A DNA stretch of 64,000 bases from Oligoflexales bacterium (GCA_041736175.1 JBGSUI010000234.1:1-64000), one strand, 5' to 3'; numbered from the stretch's first letter, positions 48,001-57,674 are shown. Made by a program: numbers and translations. The notes: generated by a model from the letters alone, not told the origin.

Positions 48001-49056
48001 ATGACTCCTACCTCTTCGTTGCATAAGGACTCCAGACCTTTGAAATACAAGAATTTAATGATCAACGTTTTAAAAATGTCATTTGTAGGGTCGATTCTAT
48101 ACTGGCTGGCAGCCTCGGGCCGACTTGACTTTAACCAACTCAAAATCCTTTTGAAAAATCCAACGATTCTTGTAGCTAATATTGCCCTTTGGCTCTTTGC
48201 CTATCTCATCCTGGGAGCCTTTCGATGGTACCTTCTGTTGCGGGGGCAGGGTCTTATTCTAAACTTTTTGCAAGTCATCAGACTCCAGCTGATTGGTTTT
48301 TTCTTTAACACGGCGATCCCAGGAGCTGTCGGTGGGGATATCATCAAGGCAGTCTATGTGATTAAGGGGCTCCAGTCTGATCGTAAAACTCCCGCAATGC
48401 TTACCATTCTGCTCGATCGGATTATGGGTCTTGCCGCACTTTTTTATATTGGCGCCTTTTCGATTCTTATGAGTCTCGATTTTTTTCTGAGTCAACCCGT
48501 GTTGTTGCCTTTGGTGATCTTTGTATTAGTCGGAACCATCGCGTCCATGCTCGGTATTTGCTGGGTGTTGTTTATAAATGATAAATATGACTTTATTGCG
48601 CGCCTGACCAAGAAAAAATTTCCGGGTGTCAACACGTTGGCAGGTATTTATAATGCTATCAAAGTTTACCGCGCGAAACCAATTGTTATTCTACAAACGT
48701 TGCTTATTGGGATTACGATCCAAGGGCTGGCGGTCAGCTACGGACTGTTTCTGACTCAATCTTTGACGGGGTTGACGCCTAATCCCCTAAAATTTTGTGC
48801 GGTCTATGCGGTCGCTGTAATGACGACGGCACTTCCCTTAGCTCCAGGGGGCCTAGGGGTGGGGCATGTTGCTTTTGAAAAACTCCTCCTGTTAATCAAT
48901 GTCCCAGGAGGAGCTAATATATTTAATGTCATGGTTCTCGTGCAGCTGATATTAAATTTACTCGGGTTTATTCCATACTTAAACTTTAAATCGCAAAATT
49001 TACAGGGCTCGGACCAGGCAGTCTCACTTGATATCACTCCTAAGTCTTCCTATTGA
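48001..49056 (+). CDS. Lysylphosphatidylglycerol synthase TM-like (UPF0104) flippase
   Basis: RWYLLL, FFNTAIPGAVGGD, PLAPGGLGV; multi-TM. Confidence 0.88.
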   Translation: MTPTSSLHKDSRPLKYKNLMINVLKMSFVGSILYWLAASGRLDFNQLKILLKNPTILVANIALWLFAYLILGAFRWYLLLRGQGLILNFLQVIRLQLIGFFFNTAIPGAVGGDIIKAVYVIKGLQSDRKTPAMLTILLDRIMGLAALFYIGAFSILMSLDFFLSQPVLLPLVIFVLVGTIASMLGICWVLFINDKYDFIARLTKKKFPGVNTLAGIYNAIKVYRAKPIVILQTLLIGITIQGLAVSYGLFLTQSLTGLTPNPLKFCAVYAVAVMTTALPLAPGGLGVGHVAFEKLLLLINVPGGANIFNVMVLVQLILNLLGFIPYLNFKSQNLQGSDQAVSLDITPKSSY

Positions 49057-49257
49057 GGGTGCTCGGGGTGTTTAGAGATTAGGCATGAGCGCACTTTGAA
49101 CTTGAGTTTTCTTTTAAGCAAGAATTCAAGTGGCTTGTCATAACTAATTTAATAGTTACCGTCTACACTTTAGACTCTGAGCCATGTAGATCTGGCAACC
49201 TTGCACTCTTAACATTCCAAAACAATTAGGGAATCTAAGGGGGCCGACATCTGGGAG

Positions 49258-49274
49258 TTGGTACAATAATTGCA
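49258..49274 (+). promoter_or_regulatory. sigma54 (-24/-12) promoter
   Basis: TTGGTACAATAATTGCA = GG-N10-GC, about 50 bp upstream of ORF 49326, which has an AAGGAAGG RBS. Confidence 0.72.
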
Positions 49275-49325
49275 TGTACACTATAGATCTGCTCCTCAAT
49301 ATCGCCTTAAGAAGGAAGGTTTAAA

Positions 49326-49946
49326 ATGAGACACCTTAACCGCCCCAAGTATGTCATCGTTGGAACACTCAGTTTGATTTACCTTTTCTGTGGGATTTAT
49401 ATAGGCTGTGAACCGGACAAACAAAAAAAGAAAAACCCTCCTCCGGCTGCGAAGACCCCTGAAACTACTTCTACAGAAAAAAAGGATCCTAAAGATGAAA
49501 ACGCTGGGGGCGCGGATGATAAAGACAAAGACCCCAAATCTAATGGAGCAAGCGCCACTGAAGATGACGAGGAAAATCTGGACGGTGATGAAAGCGAAGG
49601 GTTAGGAGCATCAGGATCAAGTTCCTCCAAAAGTAGTTTCACTTTAAAGTTTACAAGTCAGACCAAAGTAAGGGCCTTTTGTTCTATACCTTCAAATACT
49701 TTACTTAATCTGGTCAAGAGCCTCGATGGATTGAGTTCTTCTGATCTTAAGGGAATTGCTAATTCGAAGATTGGGAAATTATTCACCTATGACCAGATCA
49801 AGGGATTCAAATCTTTAGCCGGAACTATTAAATTGTCACAGATTAATAGTTTAAAGTCTCAAATATGCAATGGTGCGGGCGGTGGGAACGGTGATGAAGA
49901 AGTTGAAGAAGATGTAGTTGAAGAAGAGGTAGACGATGAAGGCTAA
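49326..49946 (+). CDS. Hypothetical acidic low-complexity lipoprotein
   Basis: Hydrophobic N-terminus ending YIGC; K/D/E-rich linker; small Cys-pair domain; acidic tail. Confidence 0.65.
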   Translation: MRHLNRPKYVIVGTLSLIYLFCGIYIGCEPDKQKKKNPPPAAKTPETTSTEKKDPKDENAGGADDKDKDPKSNGASATEDDEENLDGDESEGLGASGSSSSKSSFTLKFTSQTKVRAFCSIPSNTLLNLVKSLDGLSSSDLKGIANSKIGKLFTYDQIKGFKSLAGTIKLSQINSLKSQICNGAGGGNGDEEVEEDVVEEEVDDEG

Positions 49947-50220
49947 TTCAGAAAGGACCTCCTTAAATAGCGAAGCTATGTTGCATCAAATCGAACTATT
50001 AAGGGCTTCCTGTGACCGCAACAGCCCTGAACTAGCAGTAACCCTTGCTCGACAACTCGGTGGGAGAGCCCGCCTCTATGGAATGGACTATATTGCCAGC
50101 TTGACAGAGCGCCTAGAGTTTGCGGTCCTCAACAAACAACCCACGGCAGTCGACGAATATCTAAAGACCCTTGAGGATCTCATTATTATTCCTCCAAACG
50201 CGGTCCAGTTAAGTCTATAA
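49936..50220 (+). CDS. Hpt-like four-helix protein lacking the phospho-His
   Basis: LARQLGGRARLYG...IASLTERLE aligns with Hpt AHxLKGxxxxxG...LxxxxxxLE. Confidence 0.55.
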   Translation: MKANSERTSLNSEAMLHQIELLRASCDRNSPELAVTLARQLGGRARLYGMDYIASLTERLEFAVLNKQPTAVDEYLKTLEDLIIIPPNAVQLSL

Positions 50221-50351
50221 AATAGACGTAACTCTGTGGGCGGTTGTCAGATACTAAACACATTATCTTTTATCTTGGTGTGGTGATCATCTTATGATAA
50301 GATAGAGGTACTCGCCCTTATCATCTGCAATCCCCAGCTAGGTCACCTCCA

Positions 50352-51530
50352 ATGGAAATAAAGACTTTCGAGGCTTTCAGCATGAAAGATGCTGTAAAGG
50401 CATTGAAAAAGGACTTTGGGTCTGATGCCGTTATTCTATCGACTAAGGAAAAACCCTCGGTTTCTGGCCGTGGCAAGATCTACGAAGTGACTGCTGCTGC
50501 TTCTGGTAGTGTGAAGCGGGATCACCACACCAAGTCGCGGACAGATCCAGAGATTCATACCTATTTAGAAGCTATTTTAAATCGAATGAATCATTTTATG
50601 GATCTAATGCCCTCTAAAGCCACTGCTCAATCAACAGATGCTGGGATTTCAGAGATTAAACTGTATCTTATGGAAGTCCTTAAAACCAAGGCGGGAAGCC
50701 AGTTTGAGGGTTTGAGTCCCGATCTGTTTGCGGTCGAAAGGCACCTAAGAATCATGGGTGTTGCAGAGGGCTCCATTACAGAGTTAATCAAGCATCTTCA
50801 AGGGATATCACAGATAACTAAAAATGCAGTAGATTCGCAACCTATAAATGATTCCATGTCTATACGCGAGGACATCAAGAGTGAAGCCTTTAAATGGATG
50901 TTTAAGCAGATCAGAATAGCGCCAAAATGGACTGTGGAATCGAATATCAATCAGCTTAAAGTCCTTATCGGCCCCTATGGCGCAGGTAAATCAACTCTTA
51001 TAGAGAAACTAGCTTCTCATTTTTATAAGCGAGAAAAGCTCCCCGTTCAGGTCGTGACCCTCGATGATTCACGCCTGGCAGGGTCAGACCAAATGCGCAT
51101 TTTTTGCAAAATTCTCGGTGTCCCCTTTTATAATGCAAAAGATCCTTCTGATATCTCGTCACTCTTCAAAAGTAACAGCAATACCCACCTGACCCTTGTG
51201 GATACACCAGGATTCGGTCCCCGTGACTCTGAGGCCTTACAAAAGATAAAGTCTTTTTTCGGAAAAGACTTAGAAATCGAATTCCATCTATGTTTGTCTT
51301 CCACCGAAAAGGAATCCTATTCGGAACAAATCGTAAAACATGCGATGAAGCTCGGACTATCGAGTCTTTCTTTTACAAAATTAGATCAGACACCTACCTA
51401 TGGTGAGCTCTTCAATCTTACAAAACGCTGGTCGATTCCCCTTGGGTATTTTACTTATGGCAACGGGATCCCAACAGATATCGAGCGAGCAAGTAAAGAA
51501 CGCGTCATTGAGAGAATCTTTGGTATCTAA
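50352..51530 (+). CDS. flhF: Flagellar biosynthesis GTPase FlhF
   Basis: N-terminal KTFEAFSMKDA...FGSDAVILST; GPYGAGKST, DTPG, TKLD; precedes flhG. Confidence 0.9.
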   Translation: MEIKTFEAFSMKDAVKALKKDFGSDAVILSTKEKPSVSGRGKIYEVTAAASGSVKRDHHTKSRTDPEIHTYLEAILNRMNHFMDLMPSKATAQSTDAGISEIKLYLMEVLKTKAGSQFEGLSPDLFAVERHLRIMGVAEGSITELIKHLQGISQITKNAVDSQPINDSMSIREDIKSEAFKWMFKQIRIAPKWTVESNINQLKVLIGPYGAGKSTLIEKLASHFYKREKLPVQVVTLDDSRLAGSDQMRIFCKILGVPFYNAKDPSDISSLFKSNSNTHLTLVDTPGFGPRDSEALQKIKSFFGKDLEIEFHLCLSSTEKESYSEQIVKHAMKLGLSSLSFTKLDQTPTYGELFNLTKRWSIPLGYFTYGNGIPTDIERASKERVIERIFGI

Positions 51531-51560
51531 AAAGTTAGCTTAACGGATTGAGGTCTTGCA

Positions 51561-52394
51561 ATGGTGGCGCGAATCATAAGTGTTACAAGCGGCAAGGGAG
51601 GGGTGGGTAAGACACTGTCTACGGTCAGTCTGGCTTTTTTAGCTCAAAAATCTGGAAAGCGTGTCTTGATTTTCGATGGTGATCTAGGACTGTCTAACGT
51701 CGACGTCGTGATGGGTTTACGGCCTCGGTTTACCCTAAGAGATGTCCTGGATGGAAACGCTGAATTAACGGATATTATTGTAGAGGACCCCTCTGGTATC
51801 AAAGTGATTTCGTCAGGATCAGGAATCGCCAGCCTTAATCAATTGAGCACCATGGAAAAGACGATATTGATGGATCAATGTCGAAGTATATCTGATGATT
51901 TCGACCTAATGCTTATAGATACCGGTGCTGGAATCAGTGATAACGTCATTCAATTAAATTCTCTAGCACATTTAAATCTCGTCGTCACAACCCCAGAGCC
52001 ACATGCGATTACTGATGCCTATGCCATTATTAAAGTTCTGTCGGAAACAACTCATAAAAAATTGTTTCATTTGTTGGTTAACCAATCCAGGTCTCAGCAA
52101 GAAGCGCTAAAGGTCTTTGAGAGAATTGCCGAAGTCTCTGATAGATTCCTGGGATCTAAAGTTGTCAATGTGGGATATGTGCCCTTCGATCCCGAAATTC
52201 AAATCAATGTATTAAGACGCTCTATGACACACCATCGGATTTCACATACAGTTTCGGGCCAGGCATGGCAGCGAGTGTTGCAGTTTATCTATCAGGAACC
52301 GGGAGCTGTTAAAAAGCAGGTGGCGGCTGATTTTGGGGCGTTTTGGGTCGATCTAATTCAGAATCATAATCATAAATTTCTGTATTCTAAATAG
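51561..52394 (+). CDS. flhG: MinD-like ATPase FlhG/FleN
   Basis: SGKGGVGKT, DGDLGLSN, DTGAG, TPEP..ITDAYA. Confidence 0.93.
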   Translation: MVARIISVTSGKGGVGKTLSTVSLAFLAQKSGKRVLIFDGDLGLSNVDVVMGLRPRFTLRDVLDGNAELTDIIVEDPSGIKVISSGSGIASLNQLSTMEKTILMDQCRSISDDFDLMLIDTGAGISDNVIQLNSLAHLNLVVTTPEPHAITDAYAIIKVLSETTHKKLFHLLVNQSRSQQEALKVFERIAEVSDRFLGSKVVNVGYVPFDPEIQINVLRRSMTHHRISHTVSGQAWQRVLQFIYQEPGAVKKQVAADFGAFWVDLIQNHNHKFLYSK

Positions 52395-52437
52395 AAGGTC
52401 TTAAACTGCCTATTTTAAGTCCAGATGGGGAGGGATT

Positions 52438-53196
52438 TTGAAGGGGCTCGTAAAAAGGTACAAACAAGATACTCAAGGGGTCGACGGTAAACTTCGTGAC
52501 CAGCTCATTATGGATTATGCCCCTTTAATTAGGTTCGTAGCCCAGAGAATAGCGGCGAGGCTTCCGTCCAATATAGATATCGACGACCTAATCAGTGCTG
52601 GTGTGATTGGGCTTATGGATGCCATAGAAAAATACGATCCGAGTCGGGACAACAAATTCAAAACTTACGCTGAATTTCGCATAAGAGGTGCGATTTTAGA
52701 TGAATTAAGGTCTCAAGATTGGGTTCCAAGATCGGTGAGGGACAAGGCGAAGAAAATCGAAAAGACCTACCAAGAACTTGAACAGAGGTACGGAAGAGCT
52801 GTGAGCGATTCTGAGGTTTCCGAGTCCCTTGGAATGGATATTGAATCTTATTATGGAATGGTTGCCAAAGTAAAAGCAGTGACCATGCTTTCGATTGACG
52901 AGCTTACCGGACCAAACAACCAAGATCGAAAGAGTCTCTTGGAATGTTTGGAAAACGTTGGTTCTAAAAATCCGTTTACCCAGCTTAAAAGTAAGGGGGT
53001 AAGGCAACTTCTCATGAAAAATATTGAGGATCTTCCAGAAAAGCAAAAACTAGTACTTTCTCTTTACTACTACGAAGATCTTAATTTGAAAGAAATTGGT
53101 AAGATTTTAGAAGTGACGGAGTCTAGGGTGAGTCAGCTTCATACCCAGGCTGTGACAAAATTGCGACAAAAACTAAAGAATATCTTGGTGGAATAG
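52438..53196 (+). CDS. fliA: Flagellar sigma factor sigma28
   Basis: RIRGAILDELRSQDWVPRS, LYYYEDLNLKEIG, ESRVSQLH; TTG start after GGGAGG. Confidence 0.97.
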   Translation: MKGLVKRYKQDTQGVDGKLRDQLIMDYAPLIRFVAQRIAARLPSNIDIDDLISAGVIGLMDAIEKYDPSRDNKFKTYAEFRIRGAILDELRSQDWVPRSVRDKAKKIEKTYQELEQRYGRAVSDSEVSESLGMDIESYYGMVAKVKAVTMLSIDELTGPNNQDRKSLLECLENVGSKNPFTQLKSKGVRQLLMKNIEDLPEKQKLVLSLYYYEDLNLKEIGKILEVTESRVSQLHTQAVTKLRQKLKNILVE

Positions 53197-53227
53197 CTTA
53201 TTTTGTTATTTTTTCGGAGGGTCTCCC

Positions 53228-53638
53228 ATGGCTTTAGCGCAGCCCAATATGAAAATACTTGTTGTGGATGACTTTCCTACGATGCGTAGAATTGTCAAGA
53301 CGCTTATGCGCCAAAATGGCTTTACGGATTTCACGGAAGCAGAAGATGGAGCCCAAGCATTAGATATCCTACGAAAAAATCCTGATATTGAATTTGTGGT
53401 TTCTGACTGGAATATGCCTAATATGACCGGAATTGAGCTGTTAAAAGCAGTTAGAGCGGATCCAAAATTAAAGCATCTGCCGTTTTTGATGGTGACTGCA
53501 GAAGCTGAAAAAGAAAACATTATTGAGGCTGTGAAATCTGGAGTCAGCAACTATGTGGTTAAACCTTTCACGGGACAAACATTGGGTGAAAAGTTAGCAA
53601 AAATATTCAATAACCTCAATGTAAAGAAAACGGGTTAA
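53228..53638 (+). CDS. cheY: Chemotaxis response regulator CheY
   Basis: VVDDFPTMRRI, SDWNMPNM, MVTAE, YVVKPF. Confidence 0.95.
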   Translation: MALAQPNMKILVVDDFPTMRRIVKTLMRQNGFTDFTEAEDGAQALDILRKNPDIEFVVSDWNMPNMTGIELLKAVRADPKLKHLPFLMVTAEAEKENIIEAVKSGVSNYVVKPFTGQTLGEKLAKIFNNLNVKKTG

Positions 53639-53640
53639 AA

Positions 53641-54156
53641 ATGACTTCAAATCCAAATCCAAGCCCCCTCAATCTAGGACAAGATGGTGAAGTGCTTCCA
53701 GCTAAAGATTTATCAGAAATCGCTCTAGATAAAGAAGGGGCTCAAAAACCAAGCTCAGCAAATTTTGATGAGAACCTCATTAAAAAGTATCCTAGGTCAA
53801 ATCGTAAGATCAATGTAGAGGTCCAGACTTATACCTTGATTTCGGAGACCAACTTGGAACTTAAATCTCTCACCTCATATATAAGCCCTTATGGGATGGA
53901 GTTCCAGACGACTCGTAATTATTCTCCTGGAACGTTGCTAAAGATTCTTGTTTCGCTGCCAGATTACTGGTCTAGGAAGCAACGTTTTGTAAATTACAAT
54001 AGAATTGATACTCCTAATACCTTTAAGGTTCTTGCTAAAGTAGTCAAGACTGAAGATATCGGTAAGAGAGGCAAAAAGAAAATCATCTTAGTCCAGACTG
54101 TTAATATGGATGAAGTCGACGAACAGGTTCTAAAATCGTATCTTCAGGACGGGTAA
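53641..54156 (+). CDS. Degenerate PilZ-like protein
   Basis: KKYPR and YISPYG in place of RxxxR and (D/N)xSxxG; beta-barrel pattern; follows cheY. Confidence 0.55.
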   Translation: MTSNPNPSPLNLGQDGEVLPAKDLSEIALDKEGAQKPSSANFDENLIKKYPRSNRKINVEVQTYTLISETNLELKSLTSYISPYGMEFQTTRNYSPGTLLKILVSLPDYWSRKQRFVNYNRIDTPNTFKVLAKVVKTEDIGKRGKKKIILVQTVNMDEVDEQVLKSYLQDG

Positions 54157-54160
54157 GCTA

Positions 54161-54754
54161 ATGTTAGAAGCTTTTGTATTTATATTGTTACTCGTCGATG
54201 TCTTTTTAGTGTGGAGTGTATTCAAGTCGGGGAAAAGACAAGATAATCGTCTAGAGACTCTGGAAGCGATTGCCGAAGAGAAAAAGATGATCAGCGAGAT
54301 GCTGGACAATCTCCGCTACGAGGTCAAAATCTCCCAACAGGAGATGGTTAAAACCTTAGAAAATGTCAAACTTGTAGCAGCCGAATTAGATCACGAGATC
54401 AAAAGCTACCAAAACACGATTGGGCAGGACGTTGTTAAGATCGAAAGCGATATTAGAGAAATGCTGGAGAAGCCCATTCATGAAATCGCACAAAAACAGA
54501 TCCAGCTAAAAAAGATGTATTCGAAGATCGAAAGACAAAAAGAGGTCATCGTAAAGGTTATCAATAAAGGCGAAAAAATCTGTCAGTTTATGGATGACAG
54601 GATTTCCTATGAAGAACTACTCGTCGAAATCAATGACAAGAAGTATTCGGACGCTAGGGCTTTGTTAGCGAAGGGTCGCAGCCCAAAGGAAGTCGCTTTA
54701 GATTTAGGTCTCAGCGAGTCTGAGGTAAAACTTGTGGCCGGACTGGCGATTTAA
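54161..54754 (+). CDS. Membrane-anchored coiled-coil protein with C-terminal DUF2802-like helix-turn-helix
   Basis: N-terminal TM; heptads; KYSDARALLAKGRSPKEVALDLGLSESEVKLV. Confidence 0.65.
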   Translation: MLEAFVFILLLVDVFLVWSVFKSGKRQDNRLETLEAIAEEKKMISEMLDNLRYEVKISQQEMVKTLENVKLVAAELDHEIKSYQNTIGQDVVKIESDIREMLEKPIHEIAQKQIQLKKMYSKIERQKEVIVKVINKGEKICQFMDDRISYEELLVEINDKKYSDARALLAKGRSPKEVALDLGLSESEVKLVAGLAI

Positions 54755-54832
54755 CAAACAAGCCATCGTCAAACACCTTGATTTCCATTAAACTCCCACC
54801 AGGGCGGTCGTTTAAACCATGGGAGTCTTCAG

Positions 54833-56128
54833 GTGCAGCAGGATATCGGTCAAATGGACCGCAAGAGATACTTGACGAGTGAATTTTCAGCCTTGGGACT
54901 TCTCATCCTAGGAGTGCCCTTTGGAGTCGCCTTTCAAAACTTTGTGATGGTGATCCTTGGAGGGCTTTTCCTTTGGTGGTATGGCCCAGGCCTCTTTAAC
55001 GTTGCAGGTCGCTTATCCGACTATGAAAAGCGGTCGATGATTTGGGCGAGCTTTTTTGTTGCGATGACCGCATTGGCCACATCGCTCAATTTAAAAGTTC
55101 CAAACCAGTCGGTGATTTCTTATATCGTCAGCCATGGTGTCTGCTTTGGGTTTCCCGTTTTGTTTATGGCAGTCAAACCCCAAGGAACCGAGCAAAAGGA
55201 AGTGTTGAAAGATCGGCTCAGCAAGGGAGCAGCTTTCTTGGGTGTCCTTATGCTACTGTGTTTTATTTCTCAAGGGATGATTGGTTGGAGGTTAGAGGGA
55301 ATTCACATTCAGTTTGATCATGCCTACACGAGGGCTCGCGGTTTTTTTTCCCATCCATTGACCCTTGCCTATGTGGCATTAGCCTTGTTGCCACTCAGTC
55401 TTATTTTAACTAAATACCATTGGCGTAAGCTATATCCATGGTTGATTTTGATGGCAGTCCTCGGGGCTATCTATTTTTCCATGTCAAGGACGGTGCAGGC
55501 GTTAACCATGGTTATTTTTGTGTGGAATATTTTGACTCTCAAGGAAAGAAAAGTTCGCTATGCTGCTCTAGGAGTCATGCTCCTGAGTATTTTAGCGATC
55601 TTAGGGACTGACAACCTGGTATCTCATCGGCTCAAAAATATGATTAGGGGCGGCGGGACTCAGTGGTCTGAAGATACCTACAGCCATTACCCCGATGACC
55701 GACTGGCGTTTTGGGATATTCACTTGCAAATGATTAAGGAACGACCACTTAGGGGGCATGGGGTCGCCATGAATCAAGAGTACCGCCGGCCTTATTATGA
55801 GGCCATGGGACTTAAGGACTTTAAAAAGCCCTATGAGGCACATAACCAGTTGATCCAAATCGTTGCGGAAGGTGGTTTAGCTGCGTTGGTGTTTTTCTGT
55901 CTATGGATTTATTATTTGTTTAGGAGCTTTGCAGACCAAGGTCCAATAGTGGCAGAGGTTCGAAATCAAACCTTAGTGTTGTTTATTTTGGGGGGGATGA
56001 CCCAAAATGCCTACCATGACAGCGAAGTCCGCTATGCCCTGATGGTCATTCTGGCCTTAGGATTTGTCAGTAAGGAGTTGTGCAAACACCCCGAAGACTT
56101 AGGACAACGGAGTGCGGCAGAGGGCTAG
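54833..56128 (+). CDS. O-antigen ligase (Wzy_C) family protein
   Basis: RARGFFSHP, SMSR, R..FW...PLRGHG, AHNQLIQ..AEGG. Confidence 0.85.
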   Translation: MQQDIGQMDRKRYLTSEFSALGLLILGVPFGVAFQNFVMVILGGLFLWWYGPGLFNVAGRLSDYEKRSMIWASFFVAMTALATSLNLKVPNQSVISYIVSHGVCFGFPVLFMAVKPQGTEQKEVLKDRLSKGAAFLGVLMLLCFISQGMIGWRLEGIHIQFDHAYTRARGFFSHPLTLAYVALALLPLSLILTKYHWRKLYPWLILMAVLGAIYFSMSRTVQALTMVIFVWNILTLKERKVRYAALGVMLLSILAILGTDNLVSHRLKNMIRGGGTQWSEDTYSHYPDDRLAFWDIHLQMIKERPLRGHGVAMNQEYRRPYYEAMGLKDFKKPYEAHNQLIQIVAEGGLAALVFFCLWIYYLFRSFADQGPIVAEVRNQTLVLFILGGMTQNAYHDSEVRYALMVILALGFVSKELCKHPEDLGQRSAAEG

Positions 56129-56860
56129 TTTGCAGATTTGAAGCGGTCGATCCCCCAAGAGGGATTCGATCTTATGGGCCGTTTCTTGAAGGGTTTGGCC
56201 CGTCGTATAAACATCGTCGATGATCAGTACCTTGAATGCCTCTAGGCTGATATGATTAAATTTTTTGACCCAAGTACGATCAGTTTTTTGGTACACAGTC
56301 GCCCATAGGCGCTCGGTCCAGGGAGTGGTAGACTCCTGTCGTTGGCTAAAGCTTATGTTATGGTGTTGGGCTCTCTTGTAGAGCCGGCCTTGGAGGAGCA
56401 GTGGGCTATCGAGGAGAGGCTTCCGATGTTTTACAGCCATGGCGTGGGCCAAATAGCCGGCAAGATTGATCCGTCCCCGCAGACGTCCCCAAAGGCTTGA
56501 TGGCGACGCGATGACCACATCGCACCATTGGCCCCAAGGAGATGCCGGGCTATTGGTGAATAGTTCAAGGAGGAGAGTCCTAGATTTTTCTTCGTTAGCA
56601 ATCTTGGCTCGATGAATCCACTGCTTCATCAGACTTTCATAGGAAAAAAATGCGATGGGATCAAAAAAGCCATAGCTCGATGGATGGGGGACAAGGCTTT
56701 TAGCAAAGAGGCGGTGGCAGTCCCCACATAGGGCATAGCTGGTTAGCGCCATTTTGGAAACTGGATTTGTCCTGTCGAGGCAGTGAGCACAGCTTAACAG
56801 TCGGGTGTCAAAAGGGAGGGCTCTAGGGGTAAACAGACTTGATTTAGATCTGTCAGGCAT
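56099..56860 (-). CDS. comF: ComF family phosphoribosyltransferase-like protein
   Basis: CAHC...CGDC; VLIIDDVYTTGQTL. Confidence 0.8.
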   Translation of the reverse strand: MPDRSKSSLFTPRALPFDTRLLSCAHCLDRTNPVSKMALTSYALCGDCHRLFAKSLVPHPSSYGFFDPIAFFSYESLMKQWIHRAKIANEEKSRTLLLELFTNSPASPWGQWCDVVIASPSSLWGRLRGRINLAGYLAHAMAVKHRKPLLDSPLLLQGRLYKRAQHHNISFSQRQESTTPWTERLWATVYQKTDRTWVKKFNHISLEAFKVLIIDDVYTTGQTLQETAHKIESLLGDRPLQICKLALCRTPLS

Positions 56861-57293
56861 GGTGATATCCTGTTCCTTTCATGATTTCAAAAGCACGATA
56901 GAGCTGCTCGCAGTGAATCACAAAAGCCAGGTCGCTGGTAAAAGTCAATCGGGAAAGGCTAAGAGTCTTGCTGCACTTTTCTTTAAGAGCGGGAGGCAGC
57001 CCTAAAGGACCGCCAATAACGAGGGTTAGCTGCTTTACGATGGACCTATTGCGCAGGCTCACAATCGCTTGCGAAAACTCCAGAGAATCGTACTCAAGAC
57101 CCCTTTCGTCATAGACCCAAATCTCATGGTGGGGTGGTGGTTTTAACTGTAGGTATTTAAGGGCCTGTTCATTGTCTTTGAGTTCAAGGAATTCAAAGCC
57201 AGCCGTCTTACTAAGCCTATGTTGATAAATCTGCGCAAGGTTTTTGCAGTCTGGATAGGCTATACGGCCGATTTTTACGGTGCAGATCTTCAT
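56853..57293 (-). CDS. rlmH: 23S rRNA m3Psi1915 methyltransferase
   Basis: DERG..YDS..FS, VIGGPLG, LSLSRLTF, EQLYRA...GYHH. Confidence 0.93.
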   Translation of the reverse strand: MKICTVKIGRIAYPDCKNLAQIYQHRLSKTAGFEFLELKDNEQALKYLQLKPPPHHEIWVYDERGLEYDSLEFSQAIVSLRNRSIVKQLTLVIGGPLGLPPALKEKCSKTLSLSRLTFTSDLAFVIHCEQLYRAFEIMKGTGYHHA

Positions 57294-57323
57294 AAAAAAA
57301 CAAATCTCTTAGCATCCAGCGAT

Positions 57324-57674
57324 CTATTTAGACCCGGTTTCGATAAATTTGCTTTTGGGCCAAAGCTGCTCGATTCCATAGTAATCTCGAACATAGTCGA
57401 AAAAAATATGGACCAAAAAGTTTCCATAATCCATCACAATCCAATTGCCAGTTTGTTTGCCCTCTACGGCGACGGGTTTTATGCCGGCAACTTTGCGGCA
57501 CCTTTCTTCGATGGCATCGGCAATGGCGCGGGTCTGTCTTTCGTTGTCGCCCGAGCAGATAAAGTGGAAGTCGCAGAGATCTGACAGTCCGCGGACGTCA
57601 ACCAAAAGCGGACGTGTAGCTTTTTTATCCCTTGCTGCAGCCGCAGCTTCTTTGACTATTTCGAGGTGTTCCAT
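57324..57674 (-). CDS. rsfS: Ribosome silencing factor
   Basis: DKKA, ICSG...Q, WIVMDYG...VHIF...YYGIEQLW. Confidence 0.95.
   Translation of the reverse strand: MEHLEIVKEAAAAARDKKATRPLLVDVRGLSDLCDFHFICSGDNERQTRAIADAIEERCRKVAGIKPVAVEGKQTGNWIVMDYGNFLVHIFFDYVRDYYGIEQLWPKSKFIETGSK

Noticed and set aside
49192..49205. CTGGCAACCTTGCA as a sigma54 promoter
   Set aside because: GG to GC spacing is 7 rather than 10; a correctly spaced site exists at 49258
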